Notes: generated from the sequence alone by a model not told the origin. A stretch of 32,543 bases of DNA from an uncultured virus (IMG/VR IMGVR_UViG_2706794593_000002) (IMGVR_UViG_2706794593_000002), one strand, 5' to 3'; positions 17,947-26,935 are shown, numbered from the stretch's first letter. A program made the numbers and translations.

Positions 17947-19089
17947 ATGATTATTAACTTAATAAGCTCTGAAAAATGTGACATTAAAAGTGAGCCTCGT
18001 TTTTCGGCAATCATTAATATTATGACTGCTTATAAAGAGGGGAAGCATGTTATTATTTCCGAACCTGAACTACTTCAATCTATTTATAATGAAAATGATT
18101 TTGACAGAAGAATAAGAAATGCAGCAAGGCATGCGGAGACGGTACAAAAACAATATCGCAGATTAATTAATGATGTAAATACGTACATAGTTGTAGACAT
18201 TGCCAATAATAATATAAATAAAAAAACAATCAATGAAAATGGTATGGAAGTGATTTCCGTTGGCTGCAAAATTTTTTCTGATAGCGCATCAGTACAGAAA
18301 GTAAACCTACTTTGCGAAGATTTAAGTGATACTAGTTTTTATATCAAAATTGGGGAGTTTTACAGATATTTAATTAATTTAGAAACAGTAGATATTATTT
18401 TCAAACCAGTAAATGGTGGGGGTAATAATACTTACAAAAATTTTCAAAGTATTGTTTCAAATTCTGGCTTTTGTCTTTGCATGCTTGATAGCGATAAAAA
18501 ACATCCTACCGGAAAACAAGGTGGCACAGCCCTATACTTTAACGGTCAAGCAATTCCTTATAATGGTAAGTATGTGGTTATTAATGCACAGGAGGCTGAG
18601 TGTTTAATTCCTGATGAAATAATAAATCTTCTTATAATAGATAAGAAACACAAACACTATGACTATAGTTTCAGTAACAGATTAGATTACCTAAAAATAC
18701 TCTGTAAAAGCGATAGCCGTGCTAAACTTTACTTCGATCACAAAGATGGATTGATGGTCAATGATGTTAAGAAATTTGATAAGTCTGGCCAAAGTTTATT
18801 TTGGGAAACAACAATAAGTAATGCAACAATTTTGAATAGGAGTAAATGTTTACGAGACTTAGAATGTAAATGCAAAGAAACCCCTAAGAAAAATAGTCTA
18901 ATGGAATGCTATGTTAGCGAAGGGTTTGGTTCGAAGCTTCTAGAGGATTCAAACAGTAAACTTAAAGAAATGCCTAATTCCAAACTTAAATATATCCTGA
19001 CGGAACAACTCTTGCATGAATGGATGAATATTGGCAAAGACATATTCAGCTGGGGATGTGCTCCTACAAAGACAGCAAGAACTTCTTAA
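17947..19089 (+). CDS. Hypothetical protein with TOPRIM-like motifs, putative defence effector
   Basis: LLCEDLSD (catalytic E-like), NGGG, CMLDSD (DxD) and EAECL motifs; starts 3 nt after the ATPase; AT-rich. Confidence 0.65.
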   Translation: MIINLISSEKCDIKSEPRFSAIINIMTAYKEGKHVIISEPELLQSIYNENDFDRRIRNAARHAETVQKQYRRLINDVNTYIVVDIANNNINKKTINENGMEVISVGCKIFSDSASVQKVNLLCEDLSDTSFYIKIGEFYRYLINLETVDIIFKPVNGGGNNTYKNFQSIVSNSGFCLCMLDSDKKHPTGKQGGTALYFNGQAIPYNGKYVVINAQEAECLIPDEIINLLIIDKKHKHYDYSFSNRLDYLKILCKSDSRAKLYFDHKDGLMVNDVKKFDKSGQSLFWETTISNATILNRSKCLRDLECKCKETPKKNSLMECYVSEGFGSKLLEDSNSKLKEMPNSKLKYILTEQLLHEWMNIGKDIFSWGCAPTKTARTS

Positions 19090-19093
19090 TCTA

Positions 19094-19128
19094 ATTAAAG
19101 GCAGTCATTAGTTATGACTGCCTTTAAT
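19094..19128. terminator. Bidirectional terminator between convergent genes
   Basis: Perfect 15-bp inverted repeat ATTAAAGGCAGTCAT-tagtt-ATGACTGCCTTTAAT. Confidence 0.8.
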
Positions 19129-19133
19129 AAATT

Positions 19134-19526
19134 TTAAAAAGACAATATGTAAAATATACCTGCAATAAACCCCTGCGCCGTTTGCATCTCTTTTCTGATT
19201 GTCCCATCTGAGCATTTACGCCTTTTCGCTATCATGCGCAGTGAAACACCATATACATAGTGCAAAATCACCAGCTCATACTCTTCCGGTTTATACTTTT
19301 TCAGCCGTGCCACACAGCCATCAATCATAATACCGTCATCATCACAGCACTGTGGCCGTGATTTGATGGTATACGGGAGCAGCCCCTTAAATCCAGCGGC
19401 AATAGGTTGCCAATCTACCTGGCTATTATCATTGGCGGCCCATGCTCCCCAAAGCTCCAATAGATAGTGAATATCCAGCATTGGTTTTTCCTGCTCTGAC
19501 GGCAGGCTTTGCGGTGCGGCTCTCAT
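19134..19526 (-). CDS. Late antiterminator Q family protein
   Basis: DI..LLE.WGAWA, IAAGFKGLLP, CCDDDG..ID.C..RL and S.GT.RK.MQ.A.GFI.G motifs. Start may be the internal Met (MLDIH). Confidence 0.85.
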   Translation of the reverse strand: MRAAPQSLPSEQEKPMLDIHYLLELWGAWAANDNSQVDWQPIAAGFKGLLPYTIKSRPQCCDDDGIMIDGCVARLKKYKPEEYELVILHYVYGVSLRMIAKRRKCSDGTIRKEMQTAQGFIAGIFYILSF

Positions 19527-19807
19527 AACTTCCCTTCCTTTCGTAAAATATACTGGGTGCGCATAACGCCCTCGGCGTGATACAGACGGGCGGTGTCACT
19601 ATCAATTAAACGGGTGCGCCGGTCACATTCGTCATGACATGCACCGCATCCCCAAGCCCCCTGCTCATCAGGTGGTTTGATGGCGGTGCCACAGGTACCC
19701 GCCAATCGGTAATGAGCCAGAACCACAGTTTCGGAATTGCCATTGCATATGCCGGGGATTCTTATTTGACACTCACGGCCCCTTGCCTCTTTGCGTAAAT
19801 TAGCCAC
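19523..19807 (-). CDS. DUF1364 (YbcO-like) putative nuclease
   Basis: LRKEARGRECQIRIPGICN.N.ETVVLAH...C..CHD..D.R motif. Confidence 0.85.
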   Translation of the reverse strand: MANLRKEARGRECQIRIPGICNGNSETVVLAHYRLAGTCGTAIKPPDEQGAWGCGACHDECDRRTRLIDSDTARLYHAEGVMRTQYILRKEGKL

Positions 19808-19815
19808 AAATCCCC

Positions 19816-20409
19816 CTACGCATAACTTAATAGCTGGCTGGCAGCGTTTTCTGCGGCAGCTGGCGTGCTAAAAGTTTTGTTCAGGATGAATTGCCAAAGC
19901 ACATCAAGAGTGGCTTTGTAGAGTTCGGAGAATTCGGTATCGTCCATCGAGGCAAAAGAGATCGATTTAGGCTCTTTAAATTGCGAGCCATCCGGCATTT
20001 GAATAATAGCGTAATAACCAGCTTGAATGGTTGTCCAGCGTCGGAAAGCATCAAAAGATTTAAGCAGGGTTACGCGGTCGGCCCGCTGTTCTGCCAAGGT
20101 ATCGAGGTACTGACGGGCTAATTCTTCCAGCGTATCGCTATGACCGGCATATTCTGCCAAATAGTTTACATAGCCGCGCACCAGTTTCTTTTCTTCAGGC
20201 GATATGGTGCCACCGGAGGGTGTCCAGTAATCAAAACCCAGATTCAATAAAGAGAAGTATTTACGGTGAAACTTTGGATTGCGGACCTGCTTAAAATCAG
20301 CGGTGAGAATAGCCCCCAGCTTGACTTTATAATGCAGAAAATCTCTAACATCGGGCGTGGCCGGTGTCAGTGTCTCATTGCCAGATTTGATAAACGAAAG
20401 TTGTGCCAT
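19816..20409 (-). CDS. DUF1367 family protein
   Basis: L.PATP, RNPKFHRKYF.LL.LGFDYW.P, AFR.W....AG and PKSISFASMD..EF motifs. Confidence 0.85.
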   Translation of the reverse strand: MAQLSFIKSGNETLTPATPDVRDFLHYKVKLGAILTADFKQVRNPKFHRKYFSLLNLGFDYWTPSGGTISPEEKKLVRGYVNYLAEYAGHSDTLEELARQYLDTLAEQRADRVTLLKSFDAFRRWTTIQAGYYAIIQMPDGSQFKEPKSISFASMDDTEFSELYKATLDVLWQFILNKTFSTPAAAENAASQLLSYA

Positions 20410-20482
20410 CTTGCCCCCAAGGGTGATGACACAACAACAACTTAGGTTGTCAGTTGTTCAGGCTGACTTGGTTATTATACCG

Positions 20483-20665
20483 TTAAATATCAGGGATTGT
20501 AATGATATACCCCGCTCTTTCTGCCATCTCGATAAAGGCTGGCAACGTTGCTATAAACTGATCCGGTCTTAATTGTGCAATACTTATTATGTTACCTTTT
20601 TCACTATGAATTACAGTTCGACCATCCGTTGGTAAGTGTTGAATCAAGTTTTCTATAGTAATCAT
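20483..20665 (-). CDS. Small hypothetical nin-region protein
   Basis: 60 aa with AAGG SD. G.I....L..D.F...L..F.E.A..AGY pattern is seen in lambdoid nin regions. Confidence 0.55.
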   Translation of the reverse strand: MITIENLIQHLPTDGRTVIHSEKGNIISIAQLRPDQFIATLPAFIEMAERAGYIITIPDI

Positions 20666-20812
20666 TAAGCTAATACCTTTATGATCTCAATAACCCCATA
20701 CAGGGGACCTGGTTCAACCGATTTCATGTGAATGTCAGTTAAGTAAAGTTTCATATTCTAAATAGCGGATATAACCACATAAAAAGTATGAATATCAGCA
20801 ATTTCTTGTTGA

Positions 20813-22873
20813 TTATGCAGCCATCCTCCAGATACACAGCTCTGGCATATTGGCCCTTACCAATGCCTCGGCAAAGGGTGGCGGCACCGCATTGCCACAT
20901 CTTGCCACCTGTTCAGATTTGGGCCAAAGGGTGCCATCAATATCGCGGTCAATAATGTAATCCGGTGGGAACCCGCTGGCGTTGTAAAGTTCACGCGCTA
21001 TCAACATACGCATACAGATATCAACGATGATGTATTCGCCTACCGATAAAAATTGCGGCCGTGGTGCGGGGAATAAAGGCCAGTCGTCCGGTGAATCGCT
21101 GAAATGACCCACCAGCCGAGCACAGTTCCAGGCGTTATAGCGCTGCTCGTCGGTCAGAGGTTCAACATCAAAATTGTTTTCCACCAAGCCAAAACGCTCT
21201 TTAGTCGTCACCGCGTGTATTGGTTCTGAGAGATCTACTGAGCCACCGGTACCGTAATACTTGGTCAGAAAGGCGTTTATTATCCCGACATGATTACCGC
21301 CGGCGGTTAAGGTCGGTACCGGTTCAGTGATCGGTTTACCATCACGGCATGTGCCGCGCAATTGCACCAGGTGAGATGTACAAAGCGCGTGGTGATCAAC
21401 CGTGGTGATGGTGTGCAATGGCTGGTTAATATTGATGCCTGCACCGGTATAATTGCCGCCATAATGCTTGGCAAGATGAGCGCAGGTTAACTGGCTTTTA
21501 CCGCCCCCACCCGCCGTCACGGTACCCAAAGGCGTATTGATATCATTTGCCGTACTGTTACCGAACTGACGCACAACTACCGGCGCAGCGATTGCGAAAC
21601 CGTGAGTTCTGGTGATGGTCTGTAACGGATCACGTAATGACTGCCCACGGAAGCAATCATATTTGGATTTGGTGCTGGTGTGGTTGCACTTCACCGCATA
21701 CGGCTCTAGCAACAAATGCTCGGCCTTGCTGGTGATGGTGGTTAGCGGTTGGTCTAGCGGATACTGCAGGCGGTCGCCACCGAAACCGGTTTGGCCCAAC
21801 CGCACAATAAACGGATCAGGGTTATCAATAACAAAGCGTTGCAGCCCTTTGACGATGCGCCGCAAGGTATTATCAGCCAAATCTTTCTTGCGACCGAAAA
21901 TAGAGCGTGTTGGCTGGCTCCAATCGATACACTCCGCCGCCGTTCGCCAGGGTTGCAGCATGCCAGAAAGTACACTCGCTGAGTTTGGCTCGCCGTGGCT
22001 TGGCTCTGGCCATACAACCGGCTCACCGTCACAACGCCCAACCACAAACAACCGCTTCCTGATGGTAGGTGTGCCGTAATCACAGGCTTTTAGCTCCCGA
22101 TGATCCACGTTATAACCCAGCCCTGAAACCAACTTTGCCGCCTCAGGGCCATTGATATCTATCTTCAAAAACTCACACACTTCGGTCAGCGCTGGATGAT
22201 TGCCATCAATACCGGTACCCAGCATGTCAATAAATGCCTTGAACGTTTCCCCTTTACGGGCTGGATCTGGTCGGTGATTACCCTGGCTATCCGTCAATAA
22301 TGGCCCCCAGCCACGAAACTCTTCGACGTTCTCGAGCATCAGAAAACGTGGGCGCACTGCCAACGCCCAACGCAACACCACCCAGGCTAAACCACGAATT
22401 TCTTTCTTAACCGGAGTGCCGCCCTTGGCTTTGGAGAAGTGACGGCAATCAGGACTGAACCAACCCAGCAATACCGGCAAACCGCCCGTTGAGATGAGCG
22501 GGTCAACACTGAAAATATCCTCAGGGTAATGCAACGTACGTGGGTGATTGATGGCATGCATCGCCATCGCCACAGGGTTATGGTTCATCGCGATGTGTGG
22601 CTCATAGCCTAATGCTTGCTTGATGCCCTCACAGCTGCCACCGCCACCAGCGAACCCAACAACAACCAGACCATCCTGTAAATCAGGCCGCGCTACCGTG
22701 ATTTCTTTACGCCGCGCCCATGCATGGGCTGTCTGTTGGATATGCTGCGGATTATCTCGATTTAAAAACATCTGGTTCATTTGGAGCAAAAGCTGTTGCT
22801 GGTGGTCGGGACTCAAAGCATGTGCCGGTATAACCGATGAGGCACATTGATTTACTTCCGTAGGCCAGATCAT
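20813..22873 (-). CDS. DNA (cytosine-5) methyltransferase
   Basis: Motif I FAGGGG, catalytic SPDC, ENV, R.RLF and motif X GNAVPP, with a long repetitive variable region. No cognate restriction gene nearby. Confidence 0.9.
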   Translation of the reverse strand: MIWPTEVNQCASSVIPAHALSPDHQQQLLLQMNQMFLNRDNPQHIQQTAHAWARRKEITVARPDLQDGLVVVGFAGGGGSCEGIKQALGYEPHIAMNHNPVAMAMHAINHPRTLHYPEDIFSVDPLISTGGLPVLLGWFSPDCRHFSKAKGGTPVKKEIRGLAWVVLRWALAVRPRFLMLENVEEFRGWGPLLTDSQGNHRPDPARKGETFKAFIDMLGTGIDGNHPALTEVCEFLKIDINGPEAAKLVSGLGYNVDHRELKACDYGTPTIRKRLFVVGRCDGEPVVWPEPSHGEPNSASVLSGMLQPWRTAAECIDWSQPTRSIFGRKKDLADNTLRRIVKGLQRFVIDNPDPFIVRLGQTGFGGDRLQYPLDQPLTTITSKAEHLLLEPYAVKCNHTSTKSKYDCFRGQSLRDPLQTITRTHGFAIAAPVVVRQFGNSTANDINTPLGTVTAGGGGKSQLTCAHLAKHYGGNYTGAGININQPLHTITTVDHHALCTSHLVQLRGTCRDGKPITEPVPTLTAGGNHVGIINAFLTKYYGTGGSVDLSEPIHAVTTKERFGLVENNFDVEPLTDEQRYNAWNCARLVGHFSDSPDDWPLFPAPRPQFLSVGEYIIVDICMRMLIARELYNASGFPPDYIIDRDIDGTLWPKSEQVARCGNAVPPPFAEALVRANMPELCIWRMAA

Positions 22874-23370
22874 TTAGCACCCCCGCCTTTTGTTTTGGCC
22901 CTGAGTATCGAATCCACATAAAAACGCTCACTGACATTGTGCAAGGTAAATTCCGCTACCGGTTTTTCATCGCGGGTAATATCAACATGTGGCGATTTCA
23001 TCAAGCCAATCATACGCATCTGCAACATGCGCAGCGTAATGCCGTGATCCGGATAGGATTTATCAAGCGCGGCAAGAATACCGGTATAGGTCAATGTTTT
23101 ACCCAGCATCACTGCCACCAGCTCACTGGCTTTTAGCCGTAGTGCTGATGATGTGTTAGATTTTTTAGCCGCTTTAGACTTCTCTGATTTCGTTGCTGCC
23201 GATGTAGGAATTACCACCTTTTTCGGCTTGACCGGCGGCGTATAAGGCGCTCGGCATCTGGCGCGAGCCGCCATTCCCCAGGCATCAATGATGCAGGATG
23301 AATGATCACATTTGTCGTCAATCACTGGCCGATTATCATTGATAAAATTATTACAGTTATTAATTTCCAT
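22870..23370 (-). CDS. Hypothetical protein
   Basis: 166 aa; start lies within the repeated CGAGGTATGACCAATG motif; overlaps the methyltransferase start. Confidence 0.7.
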   Translation of the reverse strand: MEINNCNNFINDNRPVIDDKCDHSSCIIDAWGMAARARCRAPYTPPVKPKKVVIPTSAATKSEKSKAAKKSNTSSALRLKASELVAVMLGKTLTYTGILAALDKSYPDHGITLRMLQMRMIGLMKSPHVDITRDEKPVAEFTLHNVSERFYVDSILRAKTKGGGAK

Positions 23371-23387
23371 TGGTCATACCTCGCTCA

Positions 23388-23786
23388 CTACAGGGAATTC
23401 TTGTAATTCGTTGCTAACTTTTGCACCCGCCGACATTGGTCTAAATCAAACATGCCGATGTGGCATTGAGACATTGAAATCTCTAACTGTCCGGCCAACC
23501 ATTCATATGCTTCTGGTCGCTTCATGCCAAACTCTTGCCACAGTGGATCAAATGCGGCATGTGCCAACCGCTTCGCCGCTCGTAACTGAGCGTTAGCCAG
23601 ACGGCCAAGGGGATAAGCATCACTATTTTTGTGACAGCCCACATAGGCCCCACAAGGCGCACATGACCAAAAGAACTGTGAAGCTAAGTCTTGCCGCTGA
23701 GGGTAAATTTCATGTCCCCGCACCAGCTTCGCCCCTTTGCCGCAGTAATCGCAAAAGACCGCTCGGTTGATATTGATCGTTTCCAC
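23388..23786 (-). CDS. Zinc-finger protein (DUF3268 family)
   Basis: CDYCG, C.PC.AYVGCH...PLG.LA, AH..FDPLW and CHIGMFD motifs. Confidence 0.85.
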   Translation of the reverse strand: METININRAVFCDYCGKGAKLVRGHEIYPQRQDLASQFFWSCAPCGAYVGCHKNSDAYPLGRLANAQLRAAKRLAHAAFDPLWQEFGMKRPEAYEWLAGQLEISMSQCHIGMFDLDQCRRVQKLATNYKNSL

Positions 23787-23789
23787 TTT

Positions 23790-24737
23790 TTAATCTCCGC
23801 TATAGGGCTGTTCACCACTTTCGGTGTAAGCCTGTTTGAGATAACCCCGCCAGGCGTTATGAGCTATCGTTTCGTTTTTCATACGTAAATTGGCATTTTG
23901 GGCTTGTTTCAATGCCCTGCGTTCGGCTGAGTTTTTTGGCTCATTACCCTTGAGTACCAGCCGCCGGAATGCGCCTTCAAAATCAATATTCAAATGCCCT
24001 GCATGGGACTGGCTGGCTTTCGGCTCAAACAATCCCTGCCACTCATTGGCAATGCTTTGAGCAATGACCACCGCTGGTGCATGGCCGTTTTCCTTGAATA
24101 TCGCCAGCTGATTGATTGCGCCCATTGCCCCCTGTTTGGTTTTAATTGGTTTTTTTAAATCACAACGAAATTGAACCCACTCTTCCCACAACTCAGTCGG
24201 TAACCATTCCGGCAGTTCGATATTTAACGGATCAAATGTCTTACCTTCCCTTTTCCCCTTGGGGGGTACAGGGGGGTTTTCTTTTAGTTCTTTCTCTTCC
24301 TCTAACTCTTCCTCTGGTAACGCTTTTTTATCCGGTGGTGTAACGCCGCCAGCGTTACCTTTGTTGTTACCTTTTGATTTCGAATCTCTGAATTCTGTAA
24401 CGCGCCGACTGGTAACTGCCCGTTTTTTAGAGCCTTTTCCGTTATGGCGTTCAAAATGTGGGAAATACATTTTTGTGCCATCATGTTTTAACCATCCAAC
24501 GGCAAGCAGTGCGTCAGCGAAGCCCGACATAAAAGTGATACGGTCAATGCCAATTCGGGTAACGCTAACGGCGTTACAATCTGCGTTACCGTCGATGGTC
24601 TGCTGATCAGCCCAGACCCAAACACGGATTAACTTCCCGAGTACGGTATCTGGGTCAACATTTAGGATTTCAGCCAGTTGGAAGATCTCCGGTTTATCTG
24701 GAGTAATCACTTCGACTTTTATCCAACTTGATGCCAT
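23790..24737 (-). CDS. Phage replication initiator (O-like)
   Basis: WIK......DKPEI..LA..L, L..VGWL and F..HNG...KKRA N-domain; LPEWL...W..W...R....K and SI.N.WQGLF C-domain; internal iterons. Confidence 0.8.
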   Translation of the reverse strand: MASSWIKVEVITPDKPEIFQLAEILNVDPDTVLGKLIRVWVWADQQTIDGNADCNAVSVTRIGIDRITFMSGFADALLAVGWLKHDGTKMYFPHFERHNGKGSKKRAVTSRRVTEFRDSKSKGNNKGNAGGVTPPDKKALPEEELEEEKELKENPPVPPKGKREGKTFDPLNIELPEWLPTELWEEWVQFRCDLKKPIKTKQGAMGAINQLAIFKENGHAPAVVIAQSIANEWQGLFEPKASQSHAGHLNIDFEGAFRRLVLKGNEPKNSAERRALKQAQNANLRMKNETIAHNAWRGYLKQAYTESGEQPYSGD

Positions 24738-24781
24738 ACCTACCCCGATTCAGTGCTGCTCTGTAACGCTGATAACGTTAC
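24317..24781. repeat. GTAACGC/GCGTTAC iterons, probable replication origin
   Basis: GTAACGC at 24317, 24340, 24397, 24559 and 24763; GCGTTAC at 24352, 24571 and 24583; plus partial copies. Confidence 0.7.
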
Positions 24782-24938
24782 ATTTGGCGTGACTAGTATT
24801 AAATAGAGCGTTAAATGCTCTCCGTTGCCCTTGCATGGCTTCACGGGTAAATTGCCGTAAAATCACCCGCGCCATATTTGCTGTGATAGGCATATTCCCG
24901 TACCGATAACCATTGCGGTAAGTCAGTTTTTTAGCCAT
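24750..24938 (-). CDS. Small hypothetical protein
   Basis: 62-aa ORF overlapping the upstream gene and ending 12 nt before the initiator. Confidence 0.55.
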   Translation of the reverse strand: MAKKLTYRNGYRYGNMPITANMARVILRQFTREAMQGQRRAFNALFNTSHAKCNVISVTEQH

Positions 24939-25182
24939 GTGGCACCCGCCACGGCTTTTTAGCTTTAACGACTTTAGCTACCGGTTTATCCCGCATCCGC
25001 TTATAGGGTTTGGCATAGGTCTTAGCCCAAGCCAATGCACTGGCAAATGTAGAGTTCGGCGTATCGGTGTAATGCTTACCGCCTTGAATAGCCGCCGATC
25101 TGGCGACTGTCTCGCTAAAACCGACACGTTGCAGTTCATCTCGTAATTGTTGCTCGACTTGTTCTCTGGAAAATCTGGCCAT
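24931..25182 (-). CDS. Hypothetical protein
   Basis: 83 aa; start lies within the repeated 16-nt motif. Confidence 0.7.
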   Translation of the reverse strand: MARFSREQVEQQLRDELQRVGFSETVARSAAIQGGKHYTDTPNSTFASALAWAKTYAKPYKRMRDKPVAKVVKAKKPWRVPHG

Positions 25183-25195
25183 TGGTCATACCTCG

Positions 25196-25636
25196 TTATG
25201 CAATCAACTGCTGTGTCACCGGAATAAGTGCATGTATTGCCTCAGTTGCTTTAATTAATTTCTGTGACATATCAGAGCAGCCCAACAACACCGCACTCAT
25301 CGCCAGCGAGAAATCGCGCAATGCTTGTGCCGCCAAATAATTCACTGAATTGGGGTTTTCCAATCTGGCACGCCGCTCTCCTGGCAATGCCTGAAGTATG
25401 GCTGGAGTAAGTTCGGCGATTTTTGCTCTGGCCTTGTCAGTGTCACTATCAACCCAGCGGAACAAGCGCTGTTTGTTGTTGTGGGTGGCGTGTTCATCCT
25501 CAATGGGCGTGAGTGGAAGCTCATCACCACCGAGATCGAAATAAGCCTGTGCTACTTCTGCCGCGACAATTTCTTGTTTGGTTTCTGCTGCCCAGCTCCG
25601 CAATTCTGCGCAGATGGCATCATGTTTTAATTTCAC
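25196..25636 (-). CDS. CII-like regulator (YdaT family)
   Basis: H..I...L..WA....Q..VA, N.Q..FRW...D and L.PAI..ALP motifs; GTG start with AAGGAGG SD; follows cro. Confidence 0.8.
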   Translation of the reverse strand: MKLKHDAICAELRSWAAETKQEIVAAEVAQAYFDLGGDELPLTPIEDEHATHNNKQRLFRWVDSDTDKARAKIAELTPAILQALPGERRARLENPNSVNYLAAQALRDFSLAMSAVLLGCSDMSQKLIKATEAIHALIPVTQQLIA

Positions 25637-25654
25637 AGTGACCTCCTTATGAAA

Positions 25655-25674
25655 GCTGATTTTTAAAAATCAGC
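25655..25674. promoter_or_regulatory. Perfect 20-bp palindrome, putative operator
   Basis: GCTGATTTTTAAAAATCAGC between cro and cII; the core recurs at 30461-30477. Confidence 0.6.
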
Positions 25675-25676
25675 GT

Positions 25677-25874
25677 TTACTGTGCTGGTGCTATAGGCTT
25701 GTCATAGTCAATAGGGTCGTAATGCAATTCGCCATTAGAGGCTTTCTCTAATCGAACGGCCCTTTTCTCTGGGACTAAATCACCCCAAGCAGAAACCGAT
25801 GGCGGCTTAACCCCCGCAGCTTTTGCCAGAGCACTCTTGGTGCCGAAATATTGAATGGCATCTTTTTTTAACAC
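25677..25874 (-). CDS. dicC: Cro-like regulator, DicC homologue
   Basis: MLK.DA..YFG.K..LA.AAG....S...WGDLVPE.RA.RL..AS.GEL.YDP aligns with Qin DicC. Confidence 0.85.
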   Translation of the reverse strand: MLKKDAIQYFGTKSALAKAAGVKPPSVSAWGDLVPEKRAVRLEKASNGELHYDPIDYDKPIAPAQ

Positions 25875-25905
25875 GTCGCCTCTCCTGTTGTTAGATTTAG
25901 TTAAA

Positions 25906-25934
25906 AAGTTATTTGTTCAGGAAATTTAAGTCAA
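25906..25934 (-). promoter_or_regulatory. pR-like promoter for the cro operon
   Basis: Minus strand TTGACT-17-TAACTT, flanked by imperfect TTAG...CTAA operator-like sites. Confidence 0.65.
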
Positions 25935-25956
25935 GAGAATTTAGAATTACCTAACT

Positions 25957-26349
25957 ATGAAAAATCCCGGTGAACGCATCAGAGAGCGGCGAAATGAGCT
26001 GCAACTAACCCAACGCAGCCTTGCAAAGGCGGTGAAAGTGTCCCATGTCACCATTTCACAATGGGAAAGCAACGACAGTTCACCTTCTGGCAAAAATCTA
26101 TTTGCCCTGAGTACCGCATTACAGTGCTCACCAACGTGGATTTTATACGGGGATACAGATCAATCCCCCCCACCCGCAGTAAAGATCCCACCTGAACTTG
26201 ATGAGAGAGAAGCTGAACTAATTCAATTGTTTGCGTCTCTTCCTGAATCAGAAAAAGAGCGGCACTTAACAGACCTTCGGCTTAAAGTTGATGAGTTAAA
26301 CCGACTTTTTGAAGAGCTGTTACAAACCAGAAAAAAACTCGCCAAATAA
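25957..26349 (+). CDS. dicA: Prophage repressor, DicA homologue (HTH_3, no peptidase domain)
   Basis: GERIR.RR..L..TQRSLAKA.K.SHV..SQWE..DS.P.GKNLFALS..LQCSPTWIL.GD...LPESE...FEELL matches Qin DicA; divergent from cro. Confidence 0.88.
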   Translation: MKNPGERIRERRNELQLTQRSLAKAVKVSHVTISQWESNDSSPSGKNLFALSTALQCSPTWILYGDTDQSPPPAVKIPPELDEREAELIQLFASLPESEKERHLTDLRLKVDELNRLFEELLQTRKKLAK

Positions 26350-26416
26350 ATATTCATACTTTTCAAATTCTTACCGCTAATTTCGCCCTTATTGTTAAGT
26401 TTATTTAAATTTACGA

Positions 26417-26445
26417 TTGAATTTATTGTTAGTTTAAATTAACTT
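26417..26445 (+). promoter_or_regulatory. pL-like early promoter
   Basis: TTGAAT-17-TAACTT (same -10 as the pR-like promoter), overlapping the imperfect palindrome GTTAGTTTAAATTAAC. Confidence 0.6.
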
Positions 26446-26521
26446 TAGCCCATCAACGGCACAACAGCCGCTTAGGTAAGCAAGTTCTGACAATCTGAAA
26501 GCAGATAAAAAGGGATAGACA

Positions 26522-26740
26522 ATGGGAAAGCTATTGGATGACCACAGTAAATATGTTGCACAAGCTAAAGCCAAGGGGGTGAATTTCATCACTCTTCGCT
26601 GCCCAATATGTAATAAAGAAATTGAAACACGCAGAGGAATAGATAACGCAGTTTGGGATTCACTAGCGACTTGCCCTCATTGCGAATCGATTTATCTAAA
26701 AATTACTGATGGTGGGAAAGCAACTGCCGAGATAATTTAA
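26522..26740 (+). CDS. Small zinc-ribbon protein
   Basis: CPIC...CPHC pairs, AAGGGA SD; first ORF after the pL-like promoter. Confidence 0.6.
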   Translation: MGKLLDDHSKYVAQAKAKGVNFITLRCPICNKEIETRRGIDNAVWDSLATCPHCESIYLKITDGGKATAEII

Positions 26741-26761
26741 CCCTTAATATTCAGGAAATTT

Positions 26762-26935
26762 ATGGAGCAACTATTATTCGCTTTAGTTGTATCGGTATGC
26801 CCTGCTCATGAAATTTGTAGAGATATTGTCTATGAAGTTTATGACACCCAACAAGAATGTGAAAAAGTCATTTTCGAAAATAGGTTATTCAACGGCAACT
26901 GCTACCCAGTCGATGCCATTATTCATCAACAATAA
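26762..26935 (+). CDS. DUF1482 (YdfD-like) small protein
   Basis: Not in the ORF track. Translates as MEQLLFALVVSVCPAHEICRDIVYEVYDTQQECEKVIFENRLFNGNCYPVDAIIHQQ; T.QEC and GNCYPVD..IHQ match Qin YdfD; AGGA SD. Confidence 0.8.
   Translation: MEQLLFALVVSVCPAHEICRDIVYEVYDTQQECEKVIFENRLFNGNCYPVDAIIHQQ

Noticed and set aside
16324..19089. Septu, retron or Gabija assignment for the ATPase pair
   Set aside because: No HNH partner, reverse transcriptase or UvrD helicase is present.
20666..20812. LexA box in the nin-region intergenic DNA
   Set aside because: No convincing CTGT-N8-ACAG site found by eye.
26350..26520. DicF sRNA or a boxA/nut site after the DicA-like gene
   Set aside because: No match to the DicF sequence I recall; AAGTTCTGACAA is only a weak boxA resemblance.
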